From positions 1-64,000 of the forward strand of contig NZ_JABEMC010000010.1 of the NCBI RefSeq assembly GCF_013004595.1: a stretch of 64,000 nt of DNA, read 5' to 3'. Below the pieces are notes generated by a model, which was not told where the DNA came from, did not search any database, and worked only from the letters and a program-made list of their open reading frames with translations. Position numbers and translations under genes: made by a program. Below are positions 39,891-48,923 of this stretch, in pieces (within the stretch, counting starts at the first letter, position 1; each line of letters begins with the position of its first letter). This DNA comes from Brevibacterium luteolum. GTDB lineage: Bacteria; Actinomycetota; Actinomycetes; Actinomycetales; Brevibacteriaceae.

Positions 39891-40337
39891 ATGACCGACA
39901 CTCAGCCCGCCCCTCAACTCATCGGCGGACAGGAGCACACCGGCCCCGAGGCGATGTACGCCAACGATCTGGCCTCCCGCCACCTCGGGATCAGCCTCGA
40001 TGACCACGGCGACGGTCACGCGACCTGCTCAATGACCGTGACCGAGACGATGGTCAACGGCCACGGCATCACCCACGGCGGCTACGTCTTCCTCTTCGCC
40101 GACACGACCTTCGCAATGGCCTGCAACTCCATCGGCTCGGTGACCGTCGCCTCGGGCGGGGACATCACCTTCCTGCGCCCGAGCCGCACCGGTGACACGC
40201 TCACCGCCCACGGCAGGCGGGTGGCTGCCACGGGACGCTCGGGCATCTACGACGTCGAGGTGTTCCGCGGCGAGGAGCTCATCGCCGTCTACCGCGGCCG
40301 CTCCCGCACCCTGCCGGCACCGCCGACCGGCCGCTGA
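39891..40337 (+). CDS. paaI: Phenylacetyl-CoA thioesterase
   Basis: MVNGHGITHGGYVFLFADTTFAMACNS, GRSGIYDV. Confidence 0.93.
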   Translation: MTDTQPAPQLIGGQEHTGPEAMYANDLASRHLGISLDDHGDGHATCSMTVTETMVNGHGITHGGYVFLFADTTFAMACNSIGSVTVASGGDITFLRPSRTGDTLTAHGRRVAATGRSGIYDVEVFRGEELIAVYRGRSRTLPAPPTGR

Positions 40338-40390
40338 CCTCTCCCAACCGACCCGCTCCCCTGCCGCTGAGACGAAGGAGTCCTCACCTC

Positions 40391-41761
40391 ATGGCCGACC
40401 CCACCGCCCCCTCCACGACCACCGCCTCGGGAACGGGTGCCCAGCGGCACCTCGGGCAGGCACCGGACCCGCAGACCCTCGATGCCGAGGAGCGCATGGG
40501 CCTTGATGAGCTGCGCGCCCTGCAGCTCGAACGGCTCAAGGCCAGTGTTCGCCACGCCTATGAGAACGTGGAGCACTATCGGCGCTCGTTCGCCGCGGCC
40601 GATGTGCACCCCGATGACATTCAGAGCCTGGAGGACCTGCAGAAGCTACCCTTCACCCGCAAGTCCGACCTGCGCGACAACTACCCCTTCGGAATGTTCG
40701 CTGTGCCCCGCGACCAGGTCGCCCGCATCCACGCATCCTCGGGCACCACCGGCAAGCCGACGGTCGTGGGCTACACGAACGACGACATCAACTGCTGGTC
40801 GGCGCTCATGGGCCGGTCGTTGCGGGCCGCCGGCGCCCGGCCGGGCCAGATGCTGCACAACGCCTATGGCTACGGCCTGTTCACCGGCGGGCTCGGGGTG
40901 CACACCGGTGCGGAGCGCTCCGGTTACACCGTCGTGCCGATCTCCGGCGGGCAGACCCCGCGCCAGGTGCAGCTCATCCAGGACTTCCAGCCCGAGATCA
41001 TCACCTCGACGCCGACCTACCTGCTCACGATCGCCGACGAGTTCGCCCGGCAGGGCATCGACCCGGCCGAGACCTCGCTCAGGACCGCGGTGTGCGGTGC
41101 CGAACCGTGGACCGATGGGATGCGCCGGGAGATCGAGCGGACCTTCGGCCTCGACGCCGTCGACATCTACGGCCTGTCCGAGGTGATGGGCCCAGGTGTG
41201 GCGATGGAGTGCGCGGAGACGAAGGACGGCCCGACGATCTGGGAGGACCACTTCTACCCGGAGATCGTCGATCCGTTCACCGGCGAGGTGCTGCCCGACG
41301 GCACCGAAGGCGAGCTCGTCTTCACCTCGCTGACCAAGCAGGCCACCCCGATCATCCGCTACCGCACCCACGATCTGGCCAGCCTGCTGCCGGGCACCGC
41401 GCGGCCGGCGTTCCGGCGGATGTCGCGGATCACCGGACGCTCCGATGACCTCATCATCATCCGCGGCGTCAACCTCTACCCGGCACAGGTCGAAGAGGTC
41501 ATCTTCGACTTCGAGCAGCTCAGCCCGCACTTCCAGCTCGTCCTCACCCGCCCGGGCCGCATGGATGAGCTCACCATCGAGGTCGAGGCGCGCCCGGACC
41601 TGCCGACGAGCGCCTGGCAGGCACTCGAGCGTCGGCTCGCCGCGCGGCTCAAGGAGACGGTCGGGGTGACCTCGACGGTCATCATCGTCCACCCCGATAC
41701 GCTGCAGCGTTCGGTCGGCAAGCTCAAGCGCATCATCGACCGTCGCGAGGACATCCGATAG
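40391..41761 (+). CDS. paaK: Phenylacetate-CoA ligase
   Basis: RIHASSGTTGKPTVVGYT, YGLFTGGLG, DIYGLSEVMGPGV, IRYRT. Confidence 0.96.
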   Translation: MADPTAPSTTTASGTGAQRHLGQAPDPQTLDAEERMGLDELRALQLERLKASVRHAYENVEHYRRSFAAADVHPDDIQSLEDLQKLPFTRKSDLRDNYPFGMFAVPRDQVARIHASSGTTGKPTVVGYTNDDINCWSALMGRSLRAAGARPGQMLHNAYGYGLFTGGLGVHTGAERSGYTVVPISGGQTPRQVQLIQDFQPEIITSTPTYLLTIADEFARQGIDPAETSLRTAVCGAEPWTDGMRREIERTFGLDAVDIYGLSEVMGPGVAMECAETKDGPTIWEDHFYPEIVDPFTGEVLPDGTEGELVFTSLTKQATPIIRYRTHDLASLLPGTARPAFRRMSRITGRSDDLIIIRGVNLYPAQVEEVIFDFEQLSPHFQLVLTRPGRMDELTIEVEARPDLPTSAWQALERRLAARLKETVGVTSTVIIVHPDTLQRSVGKLKRIIDRREDIR

Positions 41762-41833
41762 GCAGATGCGGCAGGGCGGTCGCGGTGTGCTCGCCGCGGC
41801 CGCGCAGCTGCTCTTTCGCCCTAAGATGGTGGG

Positions 41834-42439
41834 ATGACTGTGCAGACGGGGACACCGCGCCGGCGCGGCCGGCCCGGATACGACCGCGAAACGCTCATCG
41901 AGCGCTCCATCGAGATCTTCAACGAGCGCGGTTATCACGGCACATCGATGGACGCACTCGCCCGCGAGCTCGGGATCACGAAATCGGCGATCTACCATCA
42001 TGTCGGCTCGAAGGAAGACCTCCTGGAGCAGGCCATCGCCCAGGGCCTCAATCAGCTCTTCGCCGTCATCGACTCCCAGGACGCCCGCACCGAGATCTCT
42101 GCCGAAGAGCGGCTGCGAGCGGTCATCCGCCGCAGCGTCGAGGTGCTCATCACCTACCGCGACTCCGTCGCCCTGCTGCTGCGGGTGCGCGGCACCTCGG
42201 CGGCAGAGCGGCGGGCACTCGAGAAGCGCCGCGAGATCGATGAGCGCACCCGCGCACTCGTCGAGGCCGCGATCGCCGAAGGATCCCTGCGCAGCGACAT
42301 CGACCCCGGACTCATCACCCGCCTGCTCTTCGGGATGGTCAACTCGCTGACCGAGTGGTACCGGCCGCGCCCAGACCGCGACGCCGAAACCGTCGCGGAT
42401 GCCGTGGCGACGATCGCCTTCGAGGGGCTGCGGGCGTAG
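41834..42439 (+). CDS. TetR-family regulator of paa genes (PaaR-like)
   Basis: GRPGYD, FNERGYHGTSM, KSAIYHH, LLFGMVNSLTEWY. Confidence 0.9.
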   Translation: MTVQTGTPRRRGRPGYDRETLIERSIEIFNERGYHGTSMDALARELGITKSAIYHHVGSKEDLLEQAIAQGLNQLFAVIDSQDARTEISAEERLRAVIRRSVEVLITYRDSVALLLRVRGTSAAERRALEKRREIDERTRALVEAAIAEGSLRSDIDPGLITRLLFGMVNSLTEWYRPRPDRDAETVADAVATIAFEGLRA

Positions 42440-42485
42440 TCAGCGTTGCTAGGCTCGGGCTGGACACGAACTCGACGCTGACCGG

Positions 42486-43469
42486 TCACTCCCCTGGTAG
42501 CGGCAATGTCGCCAGAAGATCTGCAGGAAGCATCTGACGCAGCACATCGTTACGCTCAGACTGCTGCTGAACGAAGCTCATCACTGGCGTGTTTCCGGTT
42601 TCGGTGAGCAGGTCGATCATCGACTGCGCATCGTGCTGCAGCCGAATGTAGGCACTGCCGGTTTCGGCTCCCAAATATGCCGGGCGTCCGACCGCCTTGG
42701 CAAAAGCCTCGGCGAATCGGAGGAGCCACAATCGAGCATCTTCAGCTGACAACGACTGTGCCTGGTGCTCACGGAATACTCGCTCGCACGCAACCGAATT
42801 CAGCCAGGAGCCATCCGCGCCTCGTTCATTTGTGTAAAGACGCCCGGAGCGAGAGAAGACATCCATGCGGCTGACGTGCGGAAGGGCTTCGAGTGCGGCG
42901 ACGACATTCGCAGCCTCTGCAAGTGCGGACTCATGCGCGCTCGGAGGCGCCCATCGTCCGAGGTGGGGGTATCCGCGATCGAGTGAACGCTCCTCAGCAG
43001 ACAGGCGCGAAACAGCTGGGGGTGTCGAAACCGCGACCACGTGCACTCGATAACCGGCTGACGCGAAACGCCGCACCGTCGCCGTCACCATCACTGCGTC
43101 GCGGAAGGTTCCTTCCAGCAGGATCGAGTATCGATGCGATCTCCCGTACTCGAGCGCGCGCCGGACGAGGCCTCCTGACACCGGAGCAGTCTCGTTTGGC
43201 ATGGCGAGCGGTTCTTCCAGCGCCAGATGCCTGTACGCCGGGTGAAACTCGCGCAGGTCGTCGCAGGTGATCTCGACAAGGTCCTCGCTGCGATACTCAG
43301 CGGTCACTGCGAACTGGGCGCGTGTCTTACCAGCGGCAGGCTGGCCACCGAGGAGTATGAGGATCGGATTCCGCCGCGGCCGGTGTCCGTCGAAAAGGTC
43401 GTTCTTGACGTCACGTCCGAAGACGTGATCGAGCCACGCCTCCGACCCGACTTCGGCGCTGCCCTCCAC
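42486..43469 (-). CDS. Zeta-toxin (PezT-like) P-loop kinase
   Basis: LLGGQPAAGKT, DDLREFHP, LLEGTFR, GYRVHVVAV. Confidence 0.85.
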   Translation of the reverse strand: MEGSAEVGSEAWLDHVFGRDVKNDLFDGHRPRRNPILILLGGQPAAGKTRAQFAVTAEYRSEDLVEITCDDLREFHPAYRHLALEEPLAMPNETAPVSGGLVRRALEYGRSHRYSILLEGTFRDAVMVTATVRRFASAGYRVHVVAVSTPPAVSRLSAEERSLDRGYPHLGRWAPPSAHESALAEAANVVAALEALPHVSRMDVFSRSGRLYTNERGADGSWLNSVACERVFREHQAQSLSAEDARLWLLRFAEAFAKAVGRPAYLGAETGSAYIRLQHDAQSMIDLLTETGNTPVMSFVQQQSERNDVLRQMLPADLLATLPLPGE

Positions 43470-43747
43470 TAGCCGACCAGCGCCTTGATCTGATCCTTCC
43501 AGGCTGCATCTTGGGCGATGAGGACGGCCCGGTCCTCTGGATCGAGCGCACGGACCTGCTGCTTGAGCAACCTGCGTCGCGACGCCCAGAATTCGCGGTC
43601 CTCCTCGGAAGCGGAAGAGTCGCGGCGGGCGAGAAACTCTGCTGAGAGGACCGACGATGTGTGCCGGGCAACGTCATACAACATCGCTGTCGAGATGCCC
43701 GCGTAACCGCTGACAACTGTTTGTTCTGATGCTGCGCTCTGAGACAT
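43469..43747 (-). CDS. Small helical protein coupled to the zeta toxin (putative antitoxin)
   Basis: 92 aa, GGAGG RBS; its stop codon shares a base with the toxin start. Confidence 0.65.
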   Translation of the reverse strand: MSQSAASEQTVVSGYAGISTAMLYDVARHTSSVLSAEFLARRDSSASEEDREFWASRRRLLKQQVRALDPEDRAVLIAQDAAWKDQIKALVG

Positions 43748-43872
43748 GGTCGGCCTCCTATCTTCGATCCCATTCTAATGGGGTGGGTTCCCAGTCAGAA
43801 CCTCGAAGCGGCAACTCGATTGAATGTGCCGTGGCGCGGCTCGGGTCTCACCGATCCGAACGTTTTCGGCAC

Positions 43873-45963
43873 TCAGCTCTTGCTCTTCCCGGCTTCCTTC
43901 TCGACCAGGGTGAGCACGTCGTAGGTGGCGACGATGTCGTCGTTCTGGTTGGTCACGAGCGCATCCCAGCGGACTTCGCCGTACTCATCAGTTTCGCGCG
44001 GGGTGATCTGCTTGGCCGTCAGCGTCACGGTCAGCTCATCTCCCGGTGAGACCGGTGTGATGAAGCGCAGGTTCTCCAAGCCGTAGTTGGCGAGCACCGG
44101 GCCGGGCTCGGGCTTGACGAACAGGCCGGCTGCGAACGAGACGACGAGGTAGCCGTGGGCCACACGGCCGGGGAAGAAGGGGTTGGCAGCTGCGGCCTCT
44201 TCATCGGTGTGGGCGTAGAAGGTGTCGCCGGTGAACTCGGCGAAGTGCTCGACGTCCTCCAGGGTCACCTCGCGCGGGCCGCCGACGATCGTGTCGCCGA
44301 TGCGCAGCTCGCTTAAGTCCTTGCCGAAGGGGTGACCGCCCTCAGTCCGGCGGGCGGCTTCAGGAGTCCAGGTGCCGGTGATCGCAGTGAGCATATCAGG
44401 TGAGGCCTGGATGGCGGTGCGCTGCATGTAGTGCAGCACCGAGCGGATGCCGCCGAGCTCCTCTCCCCCGCCGGCGCGGCCGGGCCCGCCGTGCACCAGG
44501 GTGGGCAGCGGTGAGCCATGGCCGGTCGATTCCTTGGCGTCGTCGCGGTCGAGGACGAGGATGCGGCCGTGCCAGGGCGCGGTGCAGAGGACGACCTCGC
44601 GGACGACCTCGGGGTCGTGGCTGACGACCGAGCCGACGAGCGAACCGCGGCCGCGGGCAGCGATCTCAACAGCCTCGGAAAGCGAGCTGTAGGGCACGAG
44701 CGTGGCGACCGGGCCGAAGGCCTCGACGTCGTGGACGGCATCGACGTCAGCGGCGGCCTTGAGCAGAGTCGGGGGCACGAACGCACGTGAAGCCGACCCC
44801 TCCCCCGATGCGCCGGCCGCCTCGCCGCCGCACACTACCTCTGCGCCGGCGGCTGTCAGGGTGCCGATCGCCTCACGCACATCGTCAGCCTGGTCAGCGG
44901 AGACGAGCGGGCCCATGCGGGTCGCCTCGTCGTGCGGGCTGCCGACGGTGACGCCGGCGAGCGTGCCGGCCACCGCCTCGGCGACGGCGTCGAGGTGCTC
45001 GGCGGGCACGAGCGCACGGCGGATGGCGGTGCACTTCTGGCCGGCCTTGGCGGTCATCTCGGTGACAAGCTGGCGGACGTAGAGGTCGAACTCCTCGCTG
45101 CCGGGACCGGCGTCGGGACCGAGGAGGGAGAAGTTGAGCGAGTCGGCTTCGGCGAAGAAGCGGGTGCCGCGCTCGGTCACGCAGGCATGGGAGGCGAGCG
45201 TCCGGGCGGTGGTCGCCGAGCCGGTAAAGGCGATGGTGTCCTGTTCGCTGAGGTGGTCGAAGAGGTCGCCGGTCGACCCGCAGATGAGCTGCAGCGCACC
45301 TTCGGGCAGCAGGCCGGATTCGATGATGTCGGTGACAACGGCGTGGGTGAGCTGGGCGCCGTTGGTGGCCGGCTTGACGATGACCGGCTGGCCGGCGGCG
45401 AACATCGGCCCGAACTTCTCCAGCATCCCCCAGACGGGGAAGTTGAAGGCGTTGATCTGCACGGACACTCCCGGACGGGCGGTGCAGATGTGCTGGCCGG
45501 CGAAGGTCTGGCGCTTCGACAGGCGCTCGACGCCGCCGTCGAGGTAGACGGTCGAGTTCGGCATCTGCCGGCGGGCGACCGAGGAGTAGGAGAACAGCGT
45601 CGAGATGCCGCCGTCGATGTCGATGAGGCCATCGCGGGCGGTCGCGCCGGTGGTGAGCGAGATCGCGTGGTAGCGGTCGCGGCGCTCGTTGAGGTAGGTG
45701 GCCAGGGCCTTGAGGATGACGCCGCGCTGGTGGAAGGTCAGCGCACGCACGGCCGGCCCGCCGGTGTCGCAGGCGTGGGCGACGACGGCTGAGAAGTCGA
45801 TGCCCGCAGACGACACGCCGGCCAGTGCGGTGCCGGTGGCCGGGTCGCAGATCGTGCGTACGTGCGGCTGAGATCCTTGCGAAGTGTCGTCGGCCGTTCC
45901 CGAGGTGTCGGCGGCGGGGGCAGTCCATGTCCCGCAGGCGTAGGAGGTGAGGATTTCGGTCAT
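43873..45963 (-). CDS. paaZ: Bifunctional oxepin-CoA hydrolase / aldehyde dehydrogenase
   Basis: INAFNFPVWGMLEK, EADSLN, KAGQKCTAIRR, MaoC domain FAEFTGDTFYAH. Confidence 0.96.
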   Translation of the reverse strand: MTEILTSYACGTWTAPAADTSGTADDTSQGSQPHVRTICDPATGTALAGVSSAGIDFSAVVAHACDTGGPAVRALTFHQRGVILKALATYLNERRDRYHAISLTTGATARDGLIDIDGGISTLFSYSSVARRQMPNSTVYLDGGVERLSKRQTFAGQHICTARPGVSVQINAFNFPVWGMLEKFGPMFAAGQPVIVKPATNGAQLTHAVVTDIIESGLLPEGALQLICGSTGDLFDHLSEQDTIAFTGSATTARTLASHACVTERGTRFFAEADSLNFSLLGPDAGPGSEEFDLYVRQLVTEMTAKAGQKCTAIRRALVPAEHLDAVAEAVAGTLAGVTVGSPHDEATRMGPLVSADQADDVREAIGTLTAAGAEVVCGGEAAGASGEGSASRAFVPPTLLKAAADVDAVHDVEAFGPVATLVPYSSLSEAVEIAARGRGSLVGSVVSHDPEVVREVVLCTAPWHGRILVLDRDDAKESTGHGSPLPTLVHGGPGRAGGGEELGGIRSVLHYMQRTAIQASPDMLTAITGTWTPEAARRTEGGHPFGKDLSELRIGDTIVGGPREVTLEDVEHFAEFTGDTFYAHTDEEAAAANPFFPGRVAHGYLVVSFAAGLFVKPEPGPVLANYGLENLRFITPVSPGDELTVTLTAKQITPRETDEYGEVRWDALVTNQNDDIVATYDVLTLVEKEAGKSKS

Positions 45964-46028
45964 GGCGGCTCCTAAGATCGACGTCGTCGTCGTGCCCGCC
46001 GCTGGGTGCGCGGGCAGCGCTTTTCATA

Positions 46029-46044
46029 CTAACCGTTCGGTCAG
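46029..46044. promoter_or_regulatory. Putative PaaR operator between paaZ and lrp
   Basis: CTAACC-GTTC-GGTCAG. Confidence 0.65.
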
Positions 46045-46097
46045 TTATTGTCATGGGTACTAAGCTGTTGGCCAATCCGGACGCGAGGAGTCTGCAC

Positions 46098-46550
46098 ATG
46101 GCGCGTGACATCGATGACATCGACCGCCGGATCATCGCCGCCCTCGTCGCCGACTCCCGCTCGTCGATCCGGCAGCTGGCCGAGCGCGTGCACATCTCCC
46201 GCTCCGCCGCCCATTCCCGGCTCAACGCCCTCATCGAATCCGGTGCCATCCGCCGCTTCACCGCCGATATCGACAAAGCCGCCCTCGGCATGACCGTCTC
46301 GGCTGTCGTCGTCGTCAAGATCGGCGAGCGCCCGTGGCCGGATGTCCGCGATGACCTGGCCGCCCTGCCGTTCGTCGAGAAGGTCCAGGCCGTCAGCGGC
46401 GATATCGACGCGCTGCTGACCGTCAACGCGCCGTCGAACACTGAGCTGTCCCAGGTGATCCTGCGGCAGGTGCACGAGATTCCCGGCATCGTCTCGACCC
46501 GCTCGCTGCTCGTCCTCGACGAAGTCGACGGGCACCGCCCCGGCAGCTGA
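46098..46550 (+). CDS. Lrp/AsnC-family regulator (BkdR-like)
   Basis: IDDIDRRIIAAL, LAERVHISRS, VSGDID. Confidence 0.92.
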   Translation: MARDIDDIDRRIIAALVADSRSSIRQLAERVHISRSAAHSRLNALIESGAIRRFTADIDKAALGMTVSAVVVVKIGERPWPDVRDDLAALPFVEKVQAVSGDIDALLTVNAPSNTELSQVILRQVHEIPGIVSTRSLLVLDEVDGHRPGS

Positions 46551-46788
46551 GCGGACTTTTCACACCACCTAGCGGTCACCGCCGACCGGGCCCGCTTGAC
46601 CCATCATGTCTAAAGCGCCCCGGTTCCGTTGCAGCCGTACGCAAACCGCCTCGGGCCTGGTGGACGAATGTCCCAGCACACCTGAGTCTCCACGCGCGTT
46701 CGTCCGATAAAGCGCTGACGGTCGGCCACCCGTCTGGCAGTGACCCGGTCTGCTGGTGCCGTGATCGCGATCACAGGACGATGGTTGC

Positions 46789-47901
46789 ATGACTATCGAC
46801 ATTCCACGCTCTGCCGACGCCGCCAGGGAGGTGCCGTCGCTGCACCCGATCAGCTTCATCGACGAAGCCGGCCAGGTCACCGACGCCCAAGCACCCGACG
46901 GTCTGCGCATGCCCTCGGCTGACATGCTGCTCAAGCTCTACCGCCGGATGGTCATCGCCCGGCGCTTCGAAGCCCAGGTCACTGCGCTCACCCGCCAGGG
47001 ACGTCTGGCAACCTACCCGTCAGCCGCCGGCCAGGAGGCCTGCGAGATCGGGGCGGTGTCTGCGCTCAAGGACACCGACTGGCTCTTCCCCACCTACCGC
47101 GACTCCGCCGCCCTGCTCACCCGCGGGATTCCGGTGCCGGAGATCCTCGCAGCCTTCCGCGGCGACTGGCACTGCGGCTTCGACCCGCACGCCCACTGCA
47201 CCGCACCGGCAGCCACTCCCCTGGCCACCCAGGGCTTGCACGCCGCCGGCTTCGGCATGGCCGCCGCGCTGCGCGGTGAGGACACCGCGACCCTGACGTT
47301 CATGGGCGACGGCGCCACCAGCGAGGGCGATGCGCACGAAGCATTCAACTTCGCTGCCGTGTGGCAGACCCCGACGGTGTTCTTCATTCAGAACAACCAG
47401 TACGCGATCTCGGTGCCGCTGCGCGAGCAGACCAACGCCACCCTGCTGGCGGACAAGGCGATCGGCTACGGGATGCCCGGCTACTGCGTCGACGGCAATG
47501 ACGTCGCCGCCGTCTACGCCGTCGTCACCGCCGCGATCGACCGCGCCCGCGCCGGTGATGGCCCGACCCTGATCGAGGGCCTGACCTACCGGATCGAAGC
47601 GCACACGAACTCCGATGACCCGACCCGCTACCGCGACGGGGCCGAGGTCGACATCTGGAAGCGCCGCGACCCGATCGCGCGCCTGGAGTCCTACCTGCGC
47701 CAGACAGGTGCACTCGACGACGGCTCGGTCGAGGCGATCGCCGCCGATGCCGAGGAGTTCGCCGCCGAGGTCCGTGAGGCGATGAACACCGAAGCCGAGC
47801 GCAACCCGCTCGAGATCTTCGACCACGTCTACGCCCACGCCCGCCCAGCTCTGGCCGAGCAGCGCGCCCTGCTGGCTGCCGAGCTGGAAGAGGTGTCATG
47901 A
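46789..47901 (+). CDS. 2-oxoacid dehydrogenase E1 alpha (Bkd/Pdh type)
   Basis: RQGRLATYP, GDGATSEGD, QNNQYAIS, HTNSDDPTRYR. Confidence 0.95.
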   Translation: MTIDIPRSADAAREVPSLHPISFIDEAGQVTDAQAPDGLRMPSADMLLKLYRRMVIARRFEAQVTALTRQGRLATYPSAAGQEACEIGAVSALKDTDWLFPTYRDSAALLTRGIPVPEILAAFRGDWHCGFDPHAHCTAPAATPLATQGLHAAGFGMAAALRGEDTATLTFMGDGATSEGDAHEAFNFAAVWQTPTVFFIQNNQYAISVPLREQTNATLLADKAIGYGMPGYCVDGNDVAAVYAVVTAAIDRARAGDGPTLIEGLTYRIEAHTNSDDPTRYRDGAEVDIWKRRDPIARLESYLRQTGALDDGSVEAIAADAEEFAAEVREAMNTEAERNPLEIFDHVYAHARPALAEQRALLAAELEEVS

Positions 47902-48923
47902 CTGCTGAGATGACCACCGCCTCGGGCACGGAGACCGAGGCGAGCACACGCCCGGTGTCGATGACGACCGCACTCAACACCGCGCTGCGCGATGCGCTGG
48001 CAGCCGATGACTCCGTCGTCGTCTACGGCGAGGACGTCGGCCGGCTCGGCGGTGTCTTCCGCGTCACCGACGGGCTGCGCGGAGAGTTCGGCGCTGAGCG
48101 CGTGTGGGACTCCCCGCTGGCCGAATCCGGGATCATCGGCACCGCTGTCGGCATGGCGATGGCCGGGATGCGCCCGGTCGTCGAGATGCAGTTCGATGCC
48201 TTCTCCTACCCGGCGTTCGAGCAGATCGCGTCGCATGTGGCCAAGATGCGCAATCGCACCCGAGGACAGGTCGAGCTGCCGATCGTCATCCGCATCCCGT
48301 GTGCTGGCGACATCGGCGGTGTCGAACACCATTCGGACTCCTCGGAGGCCTATTGGTGCGCCACCCCAGGGCTGACGGTCGTCACCCCGTCGAACCCGGC
48401 TGATGCGTATTCGATGCTGCGTGAGGCGATCGCAAGCCCGGACCCGATCATCTTCATGGAGCCGAAGTCCCGCTACTGGTCGAAGGACACGCTGACCCTG
48501 CCGGTGCAGACCGCGTCGATGTATGAGGCGCAGGTCGTGCGTGAGGGCAGCGATGTCACGCTGCTGTCCTACGGCCCGACCGTGCGCACCGCGCTCGCCA
48601 CTGCTGAGGCCGGTGCCGAGGAGGGTGTATCGATCGAGGTCATCGACCTGCGCAGCCTCTCCCCCTTCGACGACGCCACCGTCGCCGCGTCGGTTGCGAA
48701 GACCTCACGGGCTGCTGTCCTGCATGAGGCCGCGCAGTTCTGCGGTTACGGCGCCGAGGTGGCAGCCCGGGTGACTGAACGCTGCTTCACCTCGCTGGCC
48801 GCCCCGGTGCTGCGCATCACCGGCTTCGACGTGCCGTTCCCGGCCCCGAAGCTCGAGGAGTTCTACCTGCCGACACCCGACCGCATCCTCGATGCCTTGG
48901 ACAAGTGGGAGTGGGAGCTGTGA
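47898..48923 (+). CDS. 2-oxoacid dehydrogenase E1 beta
   Basis: GEDVGRLGGVFRVT, PLAESGI, EMQFDAF, EHHSDS. Confidence 0.95.
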   Translation: MTAEMTTASGTETEASTRPVSMTTALNTALRDALAADDSVVVYGEDVGRLGGVFRVTDGLRGEFGAERVWDSPLAESGIIGTAVGMAMAGMRPVVEMQFDAFSYPAFEQIASHVAKMRNRTRGQVELPIVIRIPCAGDIGGVEHHSDSSEAYWCATPGLTVVTPSNPADAYSMLREAIASPDPIIFMEPKSRYWSKDTLTLPVQTASMYEAQVVREGSDVTLLSYGPTVRTALATAEAGAEEGVSIEVIDLRSLSPFDDATVAASVAKTSRAAVLHEAAQFCGYGAEVAARVTERCFTSLAAPVLRITGFDVPFPAPKLEEFYLPTPDRILDALDKWEWEL

